Assembly (NCBI GenBank): GCA_964016885.1
Contig: CAXHJY010001213.1
Coordinates: 1 to 64,000 of the forward strand
Source of the DNA: Eledone cirrhosa
Taxonomy: Eukaryota
DNA: 64,000 nt
Reading direction: 5' to 3'
Positions 1 to 13,332 of the stretch are shown piece by piece (positions within the stretch are counted from its first letter, which is position 1; each line of letters starts with the position of its first letter). The position numbers and the translations under genes are program-made. The notes below the pieces were generated by a model that was given only the letters and a program-made list of their open reading frames with translations, did no database searches and was not told the origin of the DNA.

Positions 1-49
1 ATATATATATATATATATATATAAATATATAATATATATATATACATAC

Positions 50-84
<35 letters not shown>

Positions 85-89
85 CATAC

Positions 90-122
<33 letters not shown>

Positions 123-127
123 CATAC

Positions 128-158
<31 letters not shown>

Positions 159-163
159 CATAC

Positions 164-196
<33 letters not shown>

Positions 197-231
197 CATA
201 CATATATATACATATATATATATATACATAC

Positions 232-262
<31 letters not shown>

Positions 263-263
<1 letters not shown>

Positions 264-1267
264 GTAGATAAATCTACCAAGAGTTTACGGTAGTGTCCAA
301 TCCGTATGAAGAACTCAATGTATTCCGGATATCATGGAAAGAAGAGATGTAATGAAAAATCACTTTCGGTGAAAGATAAACGGTATACAGAGTCAAGATA
401 AAATATTAAACAAATAATGAATAAACAATTCCTTATATTAAACAAAAAAAGTTCATTATTTAACGATCGTTTCTAGGATATATATGTGTTAGAATTGGTA
501 TGCATATTCAACAGATCTATGTACAAAATTATACAAAATTATACAAATTATGAAGATTAAATATACATACCAACACATATATACGCCGTCTTCAGAAATA
601 ATGAAGTATATTTATTGATAATAACAACAATTCAAAATTTCAGGTCCGTTTGGGAACAAAATTGACCAATGAAAACACAAAGGGTTAAATGCAGTTCGGT
701 GTGTGTATATACATGTAAAACCCTTACACATATTTTACAAAAATGTATGTATAATTTGTATACGCATACTAAAAGGATGGATGCAAATACAAAATTTCAA
801 GGTTAATGTCTCTGTAAGTTTATAATGCACAGATAAGATGCGTATTGACACTTATGAAATTAAGTATATAAATATATTTTTTCATACTCACACATATCCG
901 TACAAGCACACATACACGCGCGTATATGCATAAATATACACATAACCACGAACATACAAACACACACACACCCCCACTCACATTTATATATGTGGATATA
1001 AAATCATAAGCACATGGATATTAATTCACTCACATAAAACACTGGCACACACATTTTTAGATCAAGATACAGAAATTAGGTGGGAGGGGGGGGGAGAGGT
1101 CAGTATTCAACGGTCTGAGCAGACTGCCTAATATAGATGTATCTATAAACTAAGAAAATAAAAAATAATAAATAAACATTAAAGAGGAAAGAATAGAAAG
1201 AAAACAGAAAAAAGAAAAAAGAAAAAAGAAATATATCAAGAAAATAAATATATATATATACATATAT

Positions 1268-1306
<39 letters not shown>

Positions 1307-1487
1307 TATATATATATAATATACATATATATACACATAGACACACACACACACATACATAAATATACACACATATACAAACACATACATACATATACAC
1401 ACATCCACACTAAGAACATACATACACACATATATATAAACATATACATATACACACATACATATACACATATACATACAAATACAC

Positions 1488-1536
<49 letters not shown>

Positions 1537-2180
1537 TATGTATATACACGTACATATACACACACATATACATATAATCACACATACTATATAGACACAG
1601 ATATATATAACCACACACATACATGCACATATACAACACTTACATACTAATATACATACAGATATACACATACATAGCTATATATACACACAAATATATA
1701 CAGACTTACATATATACATACAGACAAATACTTACGCATCTATATATCGGTATATACATACAAACACCACTACACTATCACACAACTTAGAAATACAAAG
1801 AGAAAGGTATATACCTATACACACATACATATACAAATAGAAAAACATATAGATATATATATATATATATATACACACACATATACATATACATATATAT
1901 ATATAACATATATATATATATATATACATATACACATACATATACACATACACACACATACACATATACACACATACATACATGTACACACACATAGAAA
2001 TATTTACGCATACACACATACACACATACATATAAAGTCATATACACACATACACCTACACGAACATACACATACACATATATAAAGATATATATACACA
2101 CACACACACACACGCACAACATATACACACATACACATATATATAAAAAATAAATAATAAAGATATATACATATATATAT

Positions 2181-2225
<45 letters not shown>

Positions 2226-2580
2226 CACATAAATATACATACACATACATACACACATACATAGACATACTTGTACATACATACACGTACATCGATATAC
2301 ATACATATATATATACACACACATAGACATATACATACATACACACACAACTTACATACATACATATATATACATGTATATTCATACATAGAATTAGATA
2401 TATAATCATATATACATATGCACTTACTTATACTCATATATACAAATACATACGCATCCATATATGCGTATATACATAAAAACACCACTACAACCTCACC
2501 TAACTCAGACATACAAATAAAAATAATAATAAAAAGGCATATGTATATACATATATACACGCATTAATAGAGATATATAT

Positions 2581-2639
<59 letters not shown>

Positions 2640-2890
2640 TATACACACATACATTCATACATATATATATATAGATACCCACACACTCATACCACCATAA
2701 ATACACATACAAACACCCACATATACATATATATACACACGTATATATATATATATATATATACACACACATAAAAAACAGACATGCACAAATATATATA
2801 TTTTTTTACACTTATATATACACATATTATATACACATACACAACCTCACATATACACACATACACATAAGTTATATTATAATAATAAAA

Positions 2891-2931
<41 letters not shown>

Positions 2932-3023
2932 CATCTATATATATATATATATATATACATATAAACATATACATACATATATACACACATACGAATATAG
3001 ACATATATTCACACATAGACACC

Positions 3024-3057
<34 letters not shown>

Positions 3058-5318
3058 TACATATACACAGACACATATACACACTCACATATATATGTGT
3101 GTGTGCACACACACATATATACACACATACACTTATATACACATAAACACATATATGTGCATACATGCACACACACACACATATATCACATAGATACGAA
3201 GATAGACATATAAATAGAGAGACATACATATATATACAACACACATACACACACATACATACACACACATATACATATACATATATATATATATACATAT
3301 ATATATTCCTATATATACATATATACATACATATACATATATATATATATACATACACATATACATACACACATTCACATACACATACATATATACATGC
3401 ATATATACACATATATACATACATACACACACTCATATATACACACACAATCTTACATTCATATTTGCATGCGCATATATGTATTTTTATATTTAGATAT
3501 AAATACCCAAACCTATATAGACACCTACCTACATATATATTCATACATACACGCTTACAAATACAGATGATAATAGTATGGGGGAAAGGGGGGGTTTGGA
3601 GAAGGGGATCATAGTAAATATATGTTTCAAGAAACATAGAATATTTTCCGTATCTTTATCCAATGTATGTTTTTACATAGTTTCAGTGTTAGGAAATACA
3701 ACAAACAAGAACTAAGGCAAAATCTATGCATCTCAAAATAAACAAGTATACCATTAATTATATGTTAACTAAACCAAAGATAGTTAACATATTGATTTCT
3801 AAGGTGTAAATTAGTTAGGTTTATAATATTTGAAGCAGAATTTTGAAGTTAAATAGTAGTAGAGTATTAATTATAGTATAGCTAAATTAAAGTTAATAAC
3901 GTTATGGTATCAATATTAGGAAATGAATTTAGTAATAGGGAAAAAACAAATAAAATAAAGTATTACATCGGTAGTAGAATATAAATTATAGGTTAACTAA
4001 ATTAAAAATTATATATTTATTTCTATAGTATATGTTAATTAGGTATATAATACATAAAGCAGATATTGTATTTTATCAATAGCATAATATAATTATATGC
4101 AAATAGAAATCAAAACTAATACATATACATATACATATACATACACATACATATATATATACATATATATACACATATATATATATATACATATATACAC
4201 ATATACATACACACACACATACACGTACACATATACATATACATATCTTTTTCAAAAAAATTGCATAGAATATATTAACTAGGTATATATCCAAAACACA
4301 TCCCATTCTATGATTACATGACATTCTGCAATTCGTCTGTATAAGGATACTAATTTTAAGCAAATTAAAATTAAATTTTTATGTTGATTAAAATTAAAAC
4401 CAAATTATAAATATATTTCTAAAATGTATATTAATTAGGTCTATAATACTAAAAATTATTTCTCTGTCATTGGATACACGATATTATTTTGTTATATTTT
4501 ATCTGTAAAAGAATTATAATAAAAGGTTTAAATAAATTAAAATTAATCTATAAATTAAATTACTAAGTATATATTAGTAATATTTAAAGGTTTTTCACAA
4601 TTTATGATTACATAATATTTTATATTCTCATCTGTAATAAAATTTTAATTAAATTAAATTTATAGGTTAACTAACATTTAAATTAAATTAATTTCTAAAA
4701 TAATGTTATTAATTAGGTTTATAATATTTAAATGTTTTTTTTAGTTTATGATTACACGATATAATTAATTCCTGTCGTTTATTTAATAAGATATCCTTAG
4801 ATTTCATTATTTCAAATAGTTCTTGGGAACATAATCTACATTCATTTCTATTATTTTGATAAGGGGTGGCTCTTTTGAGCACACTCCAGGTCAAATCATA
4901 TTCTATATTCTTATTTTTATAACTATTGATTTTTTCTGCTAGAGATGTTGTATTAGCCAGTGCGGCATTTTTAAAAAACTATGCTTGTGGGTATTAAACC
5001 TTGTCTTCAAATTGTTAGAGGTAGCTCCTATATATGAGCAAATAGAATCTTTAGTTTTAACATTACATTTATAGACTATGTTGTTAACAAGACAATTCCC
5101 TTTTAATGGGCAGTTTGCTTTGTTTCTACAGTTACATCCTTTCGTTAATTCTGTATTTGAGGAGATATTATGGTTAATTTGATGTACTGGTGGTATACTT
5201 ATGGTTTTCTTACATTTATATGCATTATATGCACTTATATTTTGTTTTATGTTATTTGTTGTAGAGTATGAGAATTTAACTGTAGACCTATTTAAGATTT
5301 GATGGTATTTGTGGTTTG
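263..5318 (-). mobile_element. 5'-truncated inverted copy of the Penelope-like (Naiad-type) element: GIY-YIG C-terminus plus entire 3' UTR/pLTR, ending in (TA)n
   Basis: 398-5318 is the reverse complement of 7330-13299, apart from small differences and the RTE insertion in the right arm. ORF 4709-4894 matches the C-terminus of the 5475-7937 protein. A T-run expansion near 4973 shifts the frame. Confidence 0.93.
452..605 (-). ncRNA. Type I hammerhead ribozyme motif (family A, PLE pLTR)
   Basis: Reverse complement of the motif at 13092-13245. Confidence 0.75.
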
Positions 5319-5474
5319 TATTCTTGGTAGATTTATCTACATAATTTTGCTCCTACTTTCACGGAAATATTCGTATTTTTGTACTGTATGTGTGTATTAA
5401 TTTTATATTTATGTATATACATATATATATGTATGATTTTGTAAACCCATATACATTTAGTTGAGCTCTTTCAA

Positions 5475-7937
5475 TTGTCCATCATCCATATCACAATGGA
5501 AAAACAATATTTAGGAACCTCCTTAAAAAACATACCAATACCTTCTAAGGATGACTTCTTACTCCTTATGATTCAGAAAACTAATAATTTTATCAGAAGG
5601 GTTAGATGGAGAGCCTACCACTTCGATAGAAAATCTAAACAAGCAGATCGGAAATATATGTATGATTTCAATACTTACAAGAATCCACCACACAACTTTT
5701 TACTTGAAGACTTCGAGAAAGACCTTTTTAATTTAATTAAACACCTCAAATTTAAAAAGTATAAATCCGTCTTTCAAAAGGACCTTGATTCTACCCTATT
5801 GGACCTAAAAAAGTCTAAAAAAATCCATGTCCACTCGGACAAAACTGGTAACTTGTATCATATGGATATTGAACATTATAACGAGTTCATATATAAAGAA
5901 CTCAGAAAAAATTATAAAAAATCTAATAATGTGTCACTCACCAACATCAACAACAAAACACACAACATAGTAAAAAAACTAAACATTGAAGATAGAACTG
6001 AACCTTTGGCATTGAAAAGACCACACTTCAACCTGAAAGATCACAAATCTAACTTTAACTCAAATCCTTCTATTAGACTTATATGTCCCTCCAAATCAGA
6101 TATTGGAATAATTAGCAAAAAAATTTTAGATAGAGTCATCCCACAAATAAGAAAACACGTTATTTTACCACTCTGGGAAAACACCTCCCAGGTAATTAAC
6201 TGGTTTAAAAATATTAGGTGTAAATCTTCTGCTTCTTTCCTACAATTTGATATAGATAATTACTATTCTTCTATATCACCTATACTCCTGAACAAAGCAT
6301 TGATATTTGCTAAAAATAGATCTAACTTAACTTTGGATGACATTAATATTATTACACATGCTAGACTAACACTTATTGAATTTCAGAATGAATACTGGAC
6401 CAGAAACACATATAGTAATCTTTTTGATATTACTATGGGTTCAAGCGATTCCGCCCAAATTACTGATCTTGTGGGCCTCTTTCTCCTTTTCAACATAAAT
6501 GCCTCTTTTCCCCACCTCAAAGGTGGTTTATATCGTGATGACTGTCTTCTTCTTTCTAACAACCTTAGCCTTTCAGAAATTGAAAAAAACAAAAAACATA
6601 TTAGAACTTTCCTTAAAGACTATTATAATCTTAATATTACTTTTGAAAAAACAAGTAAAGTAGTAAATTTCCTAGATATAACTTTAGATTTAGCTACGGG
6701 TATCTACCAACCTTACCATAAACCTAACCAAAACTTACATTACATACACTCACAATCTAATCACCCTAAATCTATCCTTAAAAACCTTGCATATAATATA
6801 TCACTTAGAATTTCTAACCTTTCTTCTAACCAAGATGTATTTGATAAAAATGCGACCTTCTATAACGAAGCTCTAGATAGAAGTGGCCACAAAAATAGAT
6901 TAGAGTATATACCTTCTACTAAAAATACTGAAAGCATACAACATAATATTACCAACAAACACCAAATGAAAAGTACACACCTAAATGCCACCCACACTAT
7001 ACCCCAAAATACCAAATCTTCTAATATAAAGTATAGTAACTCTCAAAAAACTACTCATCATACAACTCTAATAAATATTAATAATAAAACTCCTAATAAA
7101 AAGGATAAAACACCTAAATCTACAAATATAACTAAAAATAGTTGTGGTGAGATCATTAACATTAATCCTCCTAGTAAAAATCACGATACAACCTATAAAA
7201 ATAATAAAAATAATAAACAACATAGAAACCGTAATAGACGGGTTACTTGGTATAATGCTCCTTTTAATTTACAAGTTAAGGATAATATTGCTAAAAAATT
7301 TTTTTATATCCTTGAGAAAAACTTCCCGCCAAACCACAAATACCATCAAATCTTAAATAGGTCTACAGTTAAATTCTCATACTCTACAACAAATAACATA
7401 AAACAAAATATAAGTGCATATAATACATATAAATGTAAGAAAACCATAAGTATACCACCAGTACATCAAATTAACCATAATATCTCCTCAAATACAGAAT
7501 TAACGAAAGGATGTAACTGTAGAAACAAAGCAAACTGCCCATTAAAAGGGAATTGTCTTGTTAACAACATAGTCTATAAATGTAATGTTAAAACTAAAGA
7601 TTCTATTTGCTCATATATAGGAGCTACCTCTAACAATTTGAAGACAAGGTTTAATACCCACAAGCATAGTTTTAAAAATGCCGCACTGGCTAATACAACA
7701 TCTCTAGCAGAAAAAATCAATAGTTATAAAAATAAGAATATAGAATATGATTTGACCTGGAGTGTGCTCAAAAGAGCCACCCCTTATCAAAATAATAGAA
7801 ATGAATGTAGATTATGTTCCCAAGAACTATTTGAAATAATGAAATCTAAGGATATCTTATTAAATAAACGACAGGAATTAATTATATCGTGTAATCATAA
7901 ACTAAAAAAAACATTTAAATATTATAAACCTAATTAA
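5475..7937 (+). CDS. PLE polyprotein: reverse transcriptase + Cys-rich linker + GIY-YIG endonuclease (first ATG at 5496)
   Basis: SLKNIPIP, RVRWRA, HSDKTGN (DKT), FDIDNYYSSI, TMGS..A, LYRDD (RT catalytic), CNCR..CPLKGNCL, IVYKC..YIGAT...KTRFNTH (GIY-YIG), CRLCSQE..LNKRQE..CNH. Uninterrupted 820-aa frame. Confidence 0.93.
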   Translation: MSIIHITMEKQYLGTSLKNIPIPSKDDFLLLMIQKTNNFIRRVRWRAYHFDRKSKQADRKYMYDFNTYKNPPHNFLLEDFEKDLFNLIKHLKFKKYKSVFQKDLDSTLLDLKKSKKIHVHSDKTGNLYHMDIEHYNEFIYKELRKNYKKSNNVSLTNINNKTHNIVKKLNIEDRTEPLALKRPHFNLKDHKSNFNSNPSIRLICPSKSDIGIISKKILDRVIPQIRKHVILPLWENTSQVINWFKNIRCKSSASFLQFDIDNYYSSISPILLNKALIFAKNRSNLTLDDINIITHARLTLIEFQNEYWTRNTYSNLFDITMGSSDSAQITDLVGLFLLFNINASFPHLKGGLYRDDCLLLSNNLSLSEIEKNKKHIRTFLKDYYNLNITFEKTSKVVNFLDITLDLATGIYQPYHKPNQNLHYIHSQSNHPKSILKNLAYNISLRISNLSSNQDVFDKNATFYNEALDRSGHKNRLEYIPSTKNTESIQHNITNKHQMKSTHLNATHTIPQNTKSSNIKYSNSQKTTHHTTLININNKTPNKKDKTPKSTNITKNSCGEIININPPSKNHDTTYKNNKNNKQHRNRNRRVTWYNAPFNLQVKDNIAKKFFYILEKNFPPNHKYHQILNRSTVKFSYSTTNNIKQNISAYNTYKCKKTISIPPVHQINHNISSNTELTKGCNCRNKANCPLKGNCLVNNIVYKCNVKTKDSICSYIGATSNNLKTRFNTHKHSFKNAALANTTSLAEKINSYKNKNIEYDLTWSVLKRATPYQNNRNECRLCSQELFEIMKSKDILLNKRQELIISCNHKLKKTFKYYKPN

Positions 7938-8400
7938 TAACATTATTTTAGAAATTAATTTAATTTAAATGTTAGTTAACCTATAAATTTAATTTAATTA
8001 AAATTTTATTACAGATGAGAATATAAAATATTATGTAATCATAAATTGTGAAAAACCTTTAAATATTACTAATATATACTTAGTAATTTAATTTATAGAT
8101 TAATTTTAATTTATTTAAACCTTTTATTATAATTCTTTTACAGATAAAATATAACAAAATAATATCGTGTATCCAATGACAGAGAAATAATTTTTAGTAT
8201 TATAGACCTAATTAATATACATTTTAGAAATATATTTATAATTTGGTTTTAATTTTAATCAACATAAAAATTTAATTTTAATTTGCTTAAAATTAGTATC
8301 CTTATACAGACGAATTGCAGAATGTCATGTAATCATAGAATGGGATGTGTTTTGGATATATACCTAGTTAATATATTCTATGCAATTTTTTTGAAAAAGA
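7884..8400 (+). repeat. Degenerate ~135-160 bp tandem repeat starting in the last codons of the PLE ORF
   Basis: ATATCGTGTAATCATAAA-like anchors at 7884, 8028, 8162 and 8322, with AAACCTAATTAATA-like motifs following at least three of them. Confidence 0.6.
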
Positions 8401-9578
8401 TATGTATATGTGTACGTGTATGTGTGTGTGTATGTATATGTGTATATATGTATATATATATATATGTGTATATATATGTATATATGTATGTGTATGTATA
8501 TGTATATGTATATGTATTAGTTTTGATTTCTATTTGCATATAATTATATTATGCTATTGATAAAATACAATATCTGCTTTATGTATTATATACCTAATTA
8601 ACATATACTATAGAAATAAATATATAATTTTTAATTTAGTTAACCTATAATTTATATTCTACTACCGATGTAATACTTTATTTTATTTGTTTTTTCCCTA
8701 TTACTAAATTCATTTCCTAATATTGATACCATAACGTTATTAACTTTAATTTAGCTATACTATAATTAATACTCTACTACTATTTAACTTCAAAATTCTG
8801 CTTCAAATATTATAAACCTAACTAATTTACACCTTAGAAATCAATATGTTAACTATCTTTGGTTTAGTTAACATATAATTAATGGTATACTTGTTTATTT
8901 TGAGATGCATAGATTTTGCCTTAGTTCTTGTTTGTTGTATTTCCTAACACTGAAACTATGTAAAAACATACATTGGATAAAGATACGGAAAATATTCTAT
9001 GTTTCTTGAAACATATATTTACTATGATCCCCTTCTCCAAACCCCCCCTTTCCCCCATACTATTATCATCTGTATTTGTAAGCGTGTATGTATGAATATA
9101 TATGTAGGTAGGTGTCTATATAGGTTTGGGTATTTATATCTAAATATAAAAATACATATATGCGCATGCAAATATGAATGTAAGATTGTGTGTGTATATA
9201 TGAGTGTGTGTATGTATGTATATATGTGTATATATGCATGTATATATGTATGTGTATGTGAATGTGTGTATGTATATGTGTATGTATATATATATATATG
9301 TATATGTATGTATATATGTATATATAGGAATATATATATGTATATATATATATATGTATATGTATATGTGTGTGTATGTATGTGTGTGTATGTGTGTTGT
9401 ATATATATGTATGTCTCTCTATTTATATGTCTATCTTCGTATCTATGTGATATATGTGTGTGTGTGTGCATGTATGCACATATATGTGTTTATGTGTATA
9501 TATGTGTATGTGTGTATATATGTGTGTGTGCACACACACATATATATGTGAGTGTGTATATGTGTCTGTGTATATGTA

Positions 9579-9620
<42 letters not shown>

Positions 9621-9710
9621 TGTCTATGTGTGAATATATGTCTATATTCGTATGTGTGTATATATGTATGTATATGTTTATATGTATATATATATATATA
9701 TATATAGATG

Positions 9711-9753
<43 letters not shown>

Positions 9754-9872
9754 TTTTATTATTATAATATAACTTATGTGTATGTGTGTATATGTGAGGT
9801 TGTGTATGTGTATATAATATGTGTATATATAAGTGTAAAAAAATATATATATTTGTGCATGTCTGTTTTTTA

Positions 9873-9900
<28 letters not shown>

Positions 9901-9904
<4 letters not shown>

Positions 9905-10140
9905 CGTGTGTATATATATGTATATGTGGGTGTTTGTATGTGTATTTATGGTGGTATGAGTGTGTGGGTATCTATATATATATATGTATGAATGTATGTG
10001 TGTATATATATGTATATATATATACGTGTGTATATATATGTATATGTGGGTGTTTGTATGTGTATTTATGGTGGTATGAGTGTGTGGGTATCTATATATA
10101 TATATGTATGAATGTATGTGTGTATATATATGTATATATA
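9901..10140. repeat. 120-bp tandem duplication present only in the right arm of the palindrome
   Basis: 9901-10020 equals 10021-10140. The left arm (~2640-2760) has a single copy. Confidence 0.85.
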
Positions 10141-10171
10141 TATACTGTATATATATATGTATATATATATA

Positions 10172-10385
10172 CTGCTGTTGGAGATGCTACTCATCATGCT
10201 TGCCAAACATGTGGTAGAGAATGTAAATCAGCAGGAGGACTCAAGCGACATGCAAAAGTACACGAACTCCAACCACAGCCGACTATTCCCAGTAAATGTT
10301 TTGGTTGCCGACTCTGTGCAAGACATTTTGGATCATTGGCTGGGCTAAAAAGCCACATTCGATCGCAGCACTGTTAGTTGCTATC

Positions 10386-10425
<40 letters not shown>

Positions 10426-10942
10426 GCTTATGTGCGTGCGTGTGTGTGTATATATATATGAATATGTATATTATTATTGTTGTTGTCGTTATTATTATTA
10501 TTGCTATTATTATTGTTATTGTTATTCCTTGAATCTCAGTCATTGATGTTGGTTAACTGGAAAGTCCGTTGGATTGAATATCAAGCCACTACCTGCAGCC
10601 TCAGATATTCAGGACGTATCGGAGGGTTCTTGCCGTTCCAAGCAAGCATGCCTTTTGAAGCGTTCCAAAAAGCGTGAAGGGGCCGATTTTCTTTAACCAT
10701 CCCTGGAAACCTTTGGAGATAGTCCCCAGTGCGCCTATGACAATCGGGATCACTTTGACTTCATGGCAGTTCCAAATCCTTTTCACCTCCCACTTTAGGT
10801 CCTGGTATCGGTTAATTTTCTCCCTCTCCTTCTCTTGCACTCTCGTGTCGAACGGGCAGGCCACATCCACAATCAGGCACGATCTTTTTTCTTTGTCCAC
10901 AACCACCAGGTCAGGTCTATTGTGTTCCAGTTTTTTGTCCGC

Positions 10943-10991
<49 letters not shown>

Positions 10992-11046
10992 TTTTTTTTT
11001 TTTTTTTTTTTATTGTGCAATGGCCATACTCGATAACGAGGGGGCA

Positions 11047-11053
<7 letters not shown>
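10172..11053 (+). mobile_element. 5'-truncated RTE LINE copy (same family as 13333-17716)
   Basis: 10172-10377 encodes AVGDATHHACQTC...KSHIRSQHC, nearly identical to the RTE C-terminus. It shares the 3' UTR and the terminal tag TTGTGCAATGGCCATACTC..GCAGCCATCA before (TA)n. Confidence 0.92.
10527..10942 (-). mobile_element. R4/Dong-clade non-LTR retrotransposon 3' fragment (RLE endonuclease) inserted in (TAA)n
   Basis: HNRPDLVVVDK..IVDVACPFD...EK..RYQDL...VIPIVIGALG...LQKACLLGTAR is an RLE (PD..D) C-terminus. It is flanked by (TTA)n tracts. Confidence 0.85.
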
Positions 11054-11100
<47 letters not shown>

Positions 11101-11457
11101 ATATATATATATCTATTAATGCGTGTATATATGTATATACATATGCCTTTTTATTATTATTTTTATTTGTATGTCTGAGTTAGGTGAGGTTGTAGTGGTG
11201 TTTTTATGTATATACGCATATATGGATGCGTATGTATTTGTATATATGAGTATAAGTAAGTGCATATGTATATATGATTATATATCTAATTCTATGTATG
11301 AATATACATGTATATATATGTATGTATGTAAGTTGTGTGTGTATGTATGTATATGTCTATGTGTGTGTATATATATATGTATGTATATCGATGTACGTGT
11401 ATGTATGTACAAGTATGTCTATGTATGTGTGTATGTATGTGTATGTATATTTATGTG

Positions 11458-11504
<47 letters not shown>

Positions 11505-11805
11505 ATATATATATGTATATATCTTTATTATTTATTTTTTATATATATGTGTATGTGTGTATATGTTGTGCGTGTGTGTGTGTGTGTGTATATATATCTT
11601 TATATATGTGTATGTGTATGTTCGTGTAGGTGTATGTGTGTATATGACTTTATATGTATGTGTGTATGTGTGTATGCGTAAATATTTCTATGTGTGTGTA
11701 CATGTATGTATGTGTGTATATGTGTATGTGTGTGTATGTGTATAAGTATGTGTATATGTATATATATATATATATATATGTTATATATATATATGTATAT
11801 GTATA

Positions 11806-11836
<31 letters not shown>

Positions 11837-12152
11837 CTATATGTTTTTCTATTTGTATATGTATGTGTGTATAGGTATATACCTTTCTCTTTGTATTTCT
11901 AAGTTGTGTGATAGTGTAGTGGTGTTTGTATGTATATACCGATATATAGATGCGTAAGTATTTGTCTGTATGTATATATGTAAGTCTGTATATATTTGTG
12001 TGTATATATAGCTATGTATGTGTATATCTGTATGTATATTAGTATGTAAGTCTTGTATATGTGCATGTATGTGTGTGGTTATATATATCTGTGTCTATAT
12101 AGTATGTGTGATTATATGTATATGTGTGTGTATATGTACGTGTATATACATA

Positions 12153-12211
<59 letters not shown>

Positions 12212-13091
12212 GTGTATTTGTATGTATATGTGTATATGTATGTGTGTATATGTATATGTTTATATATATGTGTGTATGTATGTTCTTAGTGTGGATGTGT
12301 GTATATGTATGTATGTGTTTGTATATGTGTGTATATTTATGTATGTGTGTGTGTGTGTCTATGTGTATATATATGTATATTATATATATATATGTGTGTG
12401 TATATATATATATATATATATGTATGTGTATATATGTATATATATATATTTATTTTCTTGATATATTTCTTTTTTCTTTTTTCTTTTTTCTGTTTTCTTT
12501 CTATTCTTTCCTCTTTAATGTTTATTTATTATTTTTTATTTTCTTAGTTTATAGATACATCTATATTAGGCAGTCTGCTCAGACCGTTGAATACTGACCT
12601 CTCCCCCCCCCTCCCACCTAATTTCTGTATCTTGATCTAAAAATGTGTGTGCCAGTGTTTTATGTGAGTGAATTAATATCCATGTGCTTATGATTTTATA
12701 TCCACATATATAAATGTGAGTGGGGGTGTGTGTGTGTTTGTATGTTCGTGGTTATGTGTATATTTATGCATATACGCGCGTGTATGTGTGATTGTACGGA
12801 TATGTGTGAGTATGAAAAAATATATTTATATACTTAATTTCATAAGTGTCAATACGCATCTTATCTGTGCATTATAAACTTACAGAGACATTAACCTTGA
12901 AATTTTGTATTTGCATCCATCCTTTTAGTATGCGTATACAAATTATACATACATTTTTGTAAAATATGTGTAAGGGTTTTACATGTATATACACACACCG
13001 AACTGCATTTAACCCTTTGTGTTTTCATTGGTCAATTTTGTTCCCAAACGGACCTGAAATTTTGAATTGTTGTTATTATCAATAAATATAC

Positions 13092-13245
13092 TTCATTATT
13101 TCTGAAGACGGCGTATATATGTGTTGGTATGTATATTTAATCTTGATAATTTGTATAATTTTGTATAATTTTGTACATAGATCTGTTGAATATGCATACC
13201 AATTCTAACACATATATATCCTAGAAACGATCGTTAAATAATGAA
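13092..13245 (+). ncRNA. Type I hammerhead ribozyme motif (family A) with very long stem II
   Basis: Stem I TTCATTATTT/AAATAATGAA (10 bp). CTGAAGA at 13102. Stem II domain of ~115 nt (TATATATGTGTT/AACACATATATA; GGTATGTATATT/AATATGCATACC). GAAA at 13224. Palindromic stem III ACGATCGT. GUU triplet. Confidence 0.75.
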
Positions 13246-13290
13246 CTTTTTTTGTTTAATATAAAGAATTGTTTATTCATTATTTGTTTA

Positions 13291-13328
<38 letters not shown>

Positions 13329-13332
13329 TATA

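Larger units (their letters stand above)
5322..13299 (+). mobile_element. Penelope-like element (Naiad-type), main copy with full ORF and ~5.4 kb microsatellite-rich 3' UTR
   Basis: The 22-nt pLTR-end remnant TCTTGGTAGATTTATCTACATA at 5322-5343 equals the reverse complement of the element's 3' terminus at 261-282. It is followed by the ORF, a long 3' UTR and an HHR near the 3' end. Confidence 0.9.

Noticed and set aside
5475-8400. Selenoprotein Naiad (UGA recoding + SECIS)
   Set aside because: The frame has no internal TGA and ends in TAA. No convincing SECIS was seen downstream.
263-13299. Large palindrome as a pure sequencing fold-back artefact
   Set aside because: The arms differ by an RTE/Dong insertion, a 120-bp duplication and substitutions, and the junction has a pLTR remnant. 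It cannot be fully excluded without reads.
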